From: Mayamaea pseudoterrestris
Taxonomy: Eukaryota
NCBI GenBank assembly: GCA_027923505.1
Contig: BROI01000006.1
Location: 1-64,000 of the forward strand
DNA length: 64,000 nt
Reading direction: 5' to 3'
Position 1 is the first letter of the stretch. Each line of letters begins with the position of its first letter. The position numbers and the translations under genes are program-made. The notes under the pieces were generated by a model. The model was not told where the DNA came from and searched no databases. It was given only the letters and a program-made list of their open reading frames with translations. Shown piece after piece: positions 57,058 through 64,000 of the stretch.

Positions 57058-58044
57058 ATGATTGTCACTCCCTTCAAGTCGTTTGCTGTCCTTGCCGCCA
57101 TGTTCGTTGCGCCCGCTGCGTCTCAGGGAACCAACGCGACGACCCTTGCCTGCGGCGACACTGGCAAGGCCTACTTTCGCAGCACGAACGAGTTGCGTGC
57201 GGCGGTCTCTTGCATCACCACGTTCCAAAACTGCAACTCGACCGACCTGCCCGAGTCGTCGCGCACAACGTTGTCGGATCTTGGTGTCCTTGGTGCTGTT
57301 CTTGAGACTGGTTCGCTCGATGCAGTCCTTGACGGTCGCGATGTGGACGCTCAAGTTTTGACGAACGCGCTTGGAGGAGATGTTTGGAAGGAACTCCAGG
57401 TCAATAGCATTATTGATCAGCTCTTTAAAGATTTGGAGGCTCTTGTCATTGCGCTTCTCGACCTCCTCATTAATCTTCTCGAGGGCCTCCGTGGTTCATT
57501 CGGCCCTCTTTCGACTTGGTGTGTTGGCTCGCTGACCAACTTGGACAATGTGTTTGCCGGACTCAAGGTAAGCAGGGCGAACTAGAATGTATCAACCAAC
57601 AAAAAGAACTGATCTCATTTATACATGCGCCACTTTTGCAACACAGGACTTTAACGCGCCACTTGACTGGGACGTTTCGAATGTCACCTCGTTTGTGGGA
57701 ACATTCAAGGATGCAACGGCTTTTAACCAGGTTTGTCGTATGGAATCTGGACTTTTTCAATCGTAGCGACAAGGCCTCCTCATGTAATTCCCTCTTCACA
57801 ACTTGTTCTATTCTTGCAGGATTTGAGCTCGTGGAATCTCAACAATGCTTGCGACCTTACGTCGATGTTTGAAGGTGCCACGAGCTTTGCTCAGGACTGG
57901 CAGGTTGACCTCAGCCAGACGACCTGCCCGACTACTCCTGTCACCACTAACATGTTCAAGGGCACGGCTTGCGAACAGACGGACGATTCCACTTCTCCGA
58001 CTGGTCCAGTCTGCAAGCTTGCCACCGATGTTACCGCGAATTAG
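57058..58044 (+). CDS. Secreted BspA/DUF285-repeat protein, exons 57058-57567, 57647-57730, 57820-58044
   Basis: Signal peptide; FRSTNELRAAV, FGPLSTWCVGSLTNLDNVF, FNAPLDWDVSNVTSF..F..ATAFNQDLSSW, SMFEGATSF. Confidence 0.8.
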
Positions 58045-58548
58045 AAAATGTCAGCGAAATGTTGACGCGCCAGTGTTTAGAGTCTGAAGTCGTCTTTTTA
58101 AAATTATGATCATTGTTACTGTTGTTGCCCAGTTTGTTGATATAAATTAGATGTGTTATGATGCATCGGTCTGACTTGAATCTATAGCAACCTCCCGCGC
58201 ACCCACCGTGCATCATACCGCGACAGCGTAGCGATCGGCGAGCGAGCAAATTACTTGAATCCGTCTCTGTTTCCGCTATACGCAGTGTCTACAACAAGGC
58301 AGGGAGTATTTAAAGGGGTATACACAAGCACTTAAACTTCACAACACTATCCCGCGGTGAGAAGTCAATTCTCGTAGCTAGACCATGCGCGACTGAAAAG
58401 TCGTGTCGCTGTTGGTATCGACAACGGGAGCGATCAGATTTCACCATGGCGATCAAATTGACAGCTTGGAGCAGCAAGCATATAGAACAGCGTCTTGAAT
58501 CATTTCACTACCGTAAACTATTAACTTGAAAGTAAGTTCTGTGAGAAA

Positions 58549-59475
58549 ATGGATTCTAGTGACCAAGCAAGCATAGCGCCGGCGCAGCAGCTGCCACAAC
58601 AATCTACGTCGACAGCAACCAACACAGAGGGCGATCGAGAAGAACTAATCGAAGCTACGCTATTTCGTCTCACTCAAGGTTTACCGAGAGCCGAACTTGA
58701 TTTGATTTTATCCGAATCGGAAGCCTGCGAAGCGGAACTACTCAAGGAGATCGAGTTGCTTGAAAAGGCATCTTCTGATCCATCGTTCGAAAATGAAAGT
58801 CCAGAGGTCAAGGCGATTCTTGAATGTGTCTTGACTCCATTGGATCAGTACTGGACAGCATCCGCTCTCTTGGGACGCCTTCGAGACGACATGATGCTCC
58901 CTCGGATTCCAACCGCCGCTGCATCTCCCTATGCCATTGCTCCGGCTGCATCGCATTCAAAGCAACAACCACACCATGCTCCCGTTGACGCGTCTGCTTT
59001 GATTGAAATGCAAAACAATCCAGCTTATACGCAACAGCATGACCAGCCAACGCAATTACTGGCACTATACAAGAAACTCTCCTCGCACCGGTCCGCCCAT
59101 GTCTTTCGCAAAGCCGTCAAGGACGAGGAAGCTCCTGGATATTCCGATCGCATTCGATTCAAAATGGACTTGGGCCTTTTGCGTCGATTGATTGTTTCCA
59201 ATCAAGTCGTAAGCTACCACGACTTTCACAAGTATGCCGGTTTGATCGCTCACAACTGCGTCAAGTTCAACGGAAGAGAAAGTGACTACGGAATGCTAGC
59301 GCGCGAGTTTGAGCAAGCGGCGGATGAAATGGTGCGACACGCAGTGCTGACGACAAGCGCGCAGCAGCAAGGTGGCGCAATAAGCAACAATGTCGATCAA
59401 GGCAGTGGCGCTGCCAATGTTGGTGCAGAAAAAACCAATGTGGACAAGGCTGATGCAGAAATGGCTTCTGTGTGA
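58549..59475 (+). CDS. Bromodomain protein
   Basis: FRKAVKDEEAPGYSDRIRFKMDL...NCVKFN. Confidence 0.85.
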   Translation: MDSSDQASIAPAQQLPQQSTSTATNTEGDREELIEATLFRLTQGLPRAELDLILSESEACEAELLKEIELLEKASSDPSFENESPEVKAILECVLTPLDQYWTASALLGRLRDDMMLPRIPTAAASPYAIAPAASHSKQQPHHAPVDASALIEMQNNPAYTQQHDQPTQLLALYKKLSSHRSAHVFRKAVKDEEAPGYSDRIRFKMDLGLLRRLIVSNQVVSYHDFHKYAGLIAHNCVKFNGRESDYGMLAREFEQAADEMVRHAVLTTSAQQQGGAISNNVDQGSGAANVGAEKTNVDKADAEMASV

Positions 59476-59645
59476 TTTTTTAATTGACTTTGAATGTCAG
59501 CATGTACTGCACATGACATATTGAATTAGCAGCGTCTCTGGCAAATTATGCAAGCAGTGAAGCAAGGGCGTCGCTCTATATGCTACACAATAGGTTTCAA
59601 TACGACATTGTGATGTTTGTACTTTGTTTAAAATCAAATATGTAT

Positions 59646-62600
59646 TTATTGACTTAAATTTCCGGTAGCGGTCACTTGCGTGTGCAACGCACCAGCTTCG
59701 CGATGCGCTTGCTCCAGCGATAACTGTTGCTGCGACTGAAGGGATGCCATGAAGCGAGCCTTTAAGCCTTCATCGCCGCTCAAGGTCTCTTGAAGGCGAT
59801 GCAACGTTCCAGCGGCGCTTTGCTGCAAGACTTGATCCGTCGGGTAGTTGGCGAGGCACCACTCTAGCATTTGATAACAGTTGGGCGTCCACAACAGGTC
59901 ATTGTGATAGTCTTGGGTCAATGAAAGGTTGTGGAGCACGAGACATGCCCGGTTCAAAATTGCTTCGCTCGCGCAAAAGTTCTTCATCGACTGTACCACC
60001 AGTTGAACAATCATGCCGACATTCTCGTCCAGAATGTCTCTCTCCGAAGAATCCTCGGCGGAACTGTTTTCTCGCTCAGTGCCTTCGTCTTGGTCGAGGC
60101 TCACTGATGGAATGACAAGGTTCACTAACGCAAAGATGGCGCGGAACTGCACTTCGGCGTTGAAAGGATGCGTCTGCATGGCAGCTGCCGTCACTTCAAT
60201 GGCACCGAGACGAACAAGCATCTCCTTCTGCGCCGGCGCCAAAGCAACATTCACCAACGACCAGCAACTCATAGCTTGGAGCGCGCCATTGTCACGGAAC
60301 CGACGCATCGAATCTAGCAACACTGCAATACCGTTTCGACCGCTTTCGGCACCGCCGTTTTCGATGCTGAAAATGCCCGACGCGTTGACCATGGATGTGT
60401 GAAACAGCATGCCTTCTCGGCCGCCAAGAGGACGGGCAAGCAAAACTATAGTATGACAGGCTGCCGTGTGCAGCTCGGAACTGTCGGGAAACATGACCAT
60501 GGCGCGGAAAATGATATCCGTCAGACCAGCGCGCTGGGCAGTAATGCGCTGCTGCTCATCATCTAATAGTGACGGAAGAACTTTCATGCACATGGTTTGG
60601 ATGCCTTCCACGTCCGAGAATGCCACCATCCAATTGACAATTGAGTAAATGGCGCATGACCATGGTAATTCAACAGCAGTTCCCGCTGTACCGTCCATTG
60701 TTGGCCCGAGCATGCGCTGCGTCAGCATTGAGTGTCCGTAGGTAACCTTTTTCTTCTTCTTGCTAGTCTTGTCAGCGTCATTGCGGCGGCGCTTACGAGA
60801 ATGCATCACTATTTGGTCACATGTATCGCCGTCAGCATCATGATCCAAACTTCGATGATGCGACTTGTGCGAAGCCTTGGTCCGGCGGCGAGCAATCTTA
60901 CTCAAGCCTTCCACCTGCAGCAACTGCTGGTCGTGGTCAGACAAGCTATTATCCGACACGGCAATGCCCCGGGCGCGGGCAAGAAACTCCTTGAGATTCT
61001 GATTCGTCTCAATATTCTTAAAGGTTGCTGGACCAGATCCGTAGTCAATGACCGAAGGCGGTCGTCCATTGACAGCGTCGTCCTTGATGCGCGTCAAGTA
61101 CTTCATGCAGCGCACAAAGCTCGTATACAAAAGCCTGTGCTTGCCAAAGGTGACACGAAGTTCCGTCTCGACATTGGCCGACAGGTCGGAATCGTCGCTG
61201 CTGTCATTGCCATTGCCGTGGACTTGAGCCTTGAATGGTTCCAAGAGGCAAAGGACACGCCACAGCTCAGGCTGGCGTGTAAAGCTAAACAGCCAGTCCT
61301 TGGACAAGGGCATGGTAAGGACTTCCAAAATGTTGGGAGGTTCCAGAAAGGTTAACACATGCGCCATGATATCACCGCCGACGCAAAGAAGGGGTGACTT
61401 GCCGTCCATGAGACCGTTACTGGATGACTTTGATAATGTAACCTTGTTGTCAGTGACAGCCGCAACTTGATACTGCAGCGACGGGTCCGAGACTTGGAGT
61501 GGCACGGGCGGCCACGGAGCAGCATATGCAAACGCTTCATCTTCACTCGAAACGGAAGGAGACCTTGATGTTGGCGGCGACGGCGCAAAGGCCGCCATGA
61601 AGCTTTCCGTCATTTCATTGTCGGATGAACTTGATCCAAAGTCAGCGATATCCGATGACACGCCAGAGTCTTGCTTCTTGGCCAGTAGCATGGGACGCTT
61701 GGGGTCGCTGGTAGATCTTGTGGTTGCATCCTTGACGTTGCTTAAATGTCTCGCCTTTTTACTTTTGCGCAAGCTGTCGTCCGACGACGAACATGATCCG
61801 CCGTTGTTGTCTTCATCGTTGGCCGAGGCTGACCCGGCGTAGCCGCCTTCCGTGCCACTCCCCGAGGAGCTGCCATTGTCGGTGGACGCAGTCGAAAGTC
61901 TCTTGGTATTTGCAGTCAATGATTTTTGCTGGACTTGTGACTCTTGCATTGACGCACATACAGACGTCTTGACGGTAATGCTGTTGAGCGGCTTGCTGTG
62001 CTGCTTGCGGTGGCGATCCGTTGTCGTTGTAGTTGTCGACGTTCGCTTGGCCTGCATGATTCGTTGCATGGTCATGCGAATCGTTTCCAGTGCGGGTTCC
62101 TTGCCCGGCTCGACTAGCTCCTTGATTTCCCGACGAAAATCGGATCCACCCGAGTAAACATCAAACTCCAAGCAAGGTTCGTTGGAGAGGGAGGCGACCA
62201 CGGCGTGGTGATGATGAGTGCTGGAGGAAACGTGCTCCGCGGCGCGGTCTGCCCGTGACTTGCGACATGACCGACTACCGGAAGCTCCTTGCGCTCGATG
62301 TCTATGGCTGCTTGCTTCTGGCCACTTTGATACTTGCTGAACGTTCAAGGATGATGCATCGTCGTGATGATTCGAATCCGAGTTTGAAGTGGTGGTTGAT
62401 CCAGTCACGGCCACGACGGAAGCATTCTGCTCCATGTCGCAACTGCTGCTTCCGTCGTTGTTGCTGCTACTAAACGCGTTATCAGTCACCTCTTGATCCT
62501 TCAGCTTTTGCTCGCGCATATTTCCGGCAATGTTTGCCAGGGAACATGATAGTGCATCCGCAATGGCCGCGTCGGAACAAGAGTACGATTCGTTTGTTGA

Positions 62601-62771
62601 TGCTGCTTTGCTGCTCGTTTCGGCAGACGAAACCGTCACTGCCGCACTGTCACGTTCCCATAGTGATTGCGAGTTGACGTTTACTGGTGCGCATGAGGCG
62701 TCAAGATGGACTTGTTCATCCTCTGCCGCCAATTGCGAAACCAATCGTTGCACGCTTTGTTCGTCCATCAT
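59646..62771 (-). CDS. F-box plus armadillo-repeat protein with long disordered N-terminus
   Basis: F-box-like PLLCVGGDIMAHVLTFL...SKDW..WR; ARM-like AMSCWSLVNVA, EVQFRAIFALVNL, NRACLVLHNL; start MMDEQ assumed. Confidence 0.75.
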   Translation of the reverse strand: MMDEQSVQRLVSQLAAEDEQVHLDASCAPVNVNSQSLWERDSAAVTVSSAETSSKAASTNESYSCSDAAIADALSCSLANIAGNMREQKLKDQEVTDNAFSSSNNDGSSSCDMEQNASVVAVTGSTTTSNSDSNHHDDASSLNVQQVSKWPEASSHRHRAQGASGSRSCRKSRADRAAEHVSSSTHHHHAVVASLSNEPCLEFDVYSGGSDFRREIKELVEPGKEPALETIRMTMQRIMQAKRTSTTTTTTDRHRKQHSKPLNSITVKTSVCASMQESQVQQKSLTANTKRLSTASTDNGSSSGSGTEGGYAGSASANDEDNNGGSCSSSDDSLRKSKKARHLSNVKDATTRSTSDPKRPMLLAKKQDSGVSSDIADFGSSSSDNEMTESFMAAFAPSPPTSRSPSVSSEDEAFAYAAPWPPVPLQVSDPSLQYQVAAVTDNKVTLSKSSSNGLMDGKSPLLCVGGDIMAHVLTFLEPPNILEVLTMPLSKDWLFSFTRQPELWRVLCLLEPFKAQVHGNGNDSSDDSDLSANVETELRVTFGKHRLLYTSFVRCMKYLTRIKDDAVNGRPPSVIDYGSGPATFKNIETNQNLKEFLARARGIAVSDNSLSDHDQQLLQVEGLSKIARRRTKASHKSHHRSLDHDADGDTCDQIVMHSRKRRRNDADKTSKKKKKVTYGHSMLTQRMLGPTMDGTAGTAVELPWSCAIYSIVNWMVAFSDVEGIQTMCMKVLPSLLDDEQQRITAQRAGLTDIIFRAMVMFPDSSELHTAACHTIVLLARPLGGREGMLFHTSMVNASGIFSIENGGAESGRNGIAVLLDSMRRFRDNGALQAMSCWSLVNVALAPAQKEMLVRLGAIEVTAAAMQTHPFNAEVQFRAIFALVNLVIPSVSLDQDEGTERENSSAEDSSERDILDENVGMIVQLVVQSMKNFCASEAILNRACLVLHNLSLTQDYHNDLLWTPNCYQMLEWCLANYPTDQVLQQSAAGTLHRLQETLSGDEGLKARFMASLQSQQQLSLEQAHREAGALHTQVTATGNLSQ

Positions 62772-63626
62772 GTATATGGAGCCTCTGGTTTGTATGATTG
62801 CTTTGATCAGCAACAAGTAGCTCTGCAGGTTGTCTTTCGCTGTATAAAGTATGATTGCTTGTTCTTATAATCAATCTTGGTTTGTAATTTTTATGCGCAG
62901 AGGGACAATACCCATCAATCGAATCGTCGGCAGATGCTCCGGAGTCCCATGGTGTGCAAATCATGTCACGCGACGGAAATGGAAGAGCCGCCTGTCGACA
63001 GCTGCTGCATCTTGGTCCATGGACTTCCTCAATGGGCAATAGCGGAAGGTAACAGATGGCTATCACAAGCCGGAAAAATGAATCATGAATGTATTGCCCC
63101 TAAACGTCACTCGTTTTCGGTGCCTTCTGTTGTTGAAAATAATTGCGCCGAGGCTATAGCAAGGAAACGAGCGAACGAAGCACAGATGGATCGGAACCCT
63201 TGGAACCGCAGATGGAAAAATGTCATTATGACTATCTGGCGCAATGTACTCCAGGTTCGGCGCGTCACAGACGCACGAGGGCTGTTGGTTGCTAAGCGTG
63301 AGCTAGCAATACAGTGCCAACGAACATTAGTTATTCGAGCGTGATGCAACTGGAGACTGCATCTACTTGATTTGGCATTGCTAGCCAGCGGAGTGAATAG
63401 GTGCACTTACTTCTTAGTAAACGTGACACCTGTTGTAAGCCTTCGACAAACTACAAAGGACACAGTGCGACGGAAAGGAATGTGCTACTTGTAGTGCATA
63501 CCTCCCAGAAACTGAGCTGTGAAAGTACAACTTTAATTAATAACACTTACATATAACAACTTGTTCAGCCACGTCTTAACATTGATTGGGGTTTTCACGC
63601 ACAGGGTCGTCAACATACAAAATCGT

Positions 63627-64000
63627 CTACTTTGAAACCTTGCGCTTCGACCGTGTGGCGGGCCCAGTCTTGGTGTTCATCGCCTCCATTAACTTGTCAT
63701 GTACAACATTTTTAATCAAATCCAAGTTATTTCCTTTGACCATGTCCCATGCAGCTTGAAAGAGCGGATCGCATACCGCCGCTTGCGGTCTTGTTGTTTT
63801 CGGCGCTCGACGGTAAATGTAAGCCATGTGGCCTTCCTTCGACCCATGCATTGACGTTGGCAACCGCGTCAAAAGTTCCAAGTCAAAGTCCCAGTCGGTA
63901 ATCATGTGTCGTGGTCCGCTGTAGCAAATCATGTATTGAGAGGAACTGTCGTTCCACATGTCCGACAAGTGACCCCATAGTCCTGGTGGGAAACTGAAAG
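63627..64000 (-). CDS. 3' end of a gene entering from beyond the window (function not assigned)
   Basis: Frame stays open to the window edge: FSFPPGLWGHLSDMWN..YMICY..TSMHGSKEGHMAYIYRR..basic C-terminus. Confidence 0.6.
   Translation of the reverse strand, partial: FSFPPGLWGHLSDMWNDSSSQYMICYSGPRHMITDWDFDLELLTRLPTSMHGSKEGHMAYIYRRAPKTTRPQAAVCDPLFQAAWDMVKGNNLDLIKNVVHDKLMEAMNTKTGPATRSKRKVSK

Noticed and set aside
63627..64000. Assignment of the edge gene as a SAM-dependent (DOT1-like) methyltransferase
   Set aside because: Only a vague resemblance; any SAM-binding motif would lie outside the window

Overview
Eukaryotic nuclear DNA with short GT-AG introns and compact, often head-to-head genes. 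It is very probably from a diatom, judging by a CoDi-type Copia element, signal-peptide-plus-Phe bipartite plastid presequences, a diatom-type cyclin and a DUF285 protein. The first ~5.5 kb has no supportable gene but holds a 42-43 bp tandem array. About 30 protein genes follow, several rebuilt here across introns because the ORF track splits or misses them (SEC61G, RPL27, FBPase, VSR, NDUFA9, Whirly). A decayed chromodomain-bearing Copia element sits directly downstream of a tRNA-like sequence lacking its anticodon arm. The most unusual items are: a GNAT + 2x LysM + HMG-box protein; a mitochondrion-type Whirly-like ssDNA-binding protein; a plastid-type DnaG primase with a long C-terminal extension; a signal-peptide-bearing divergent proteasome subunit; a membrane-anchored SET protein; and a TGACGT cluster upstream of the cyclin. 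All family calls come from motifs recognised by eye, not from database searches.
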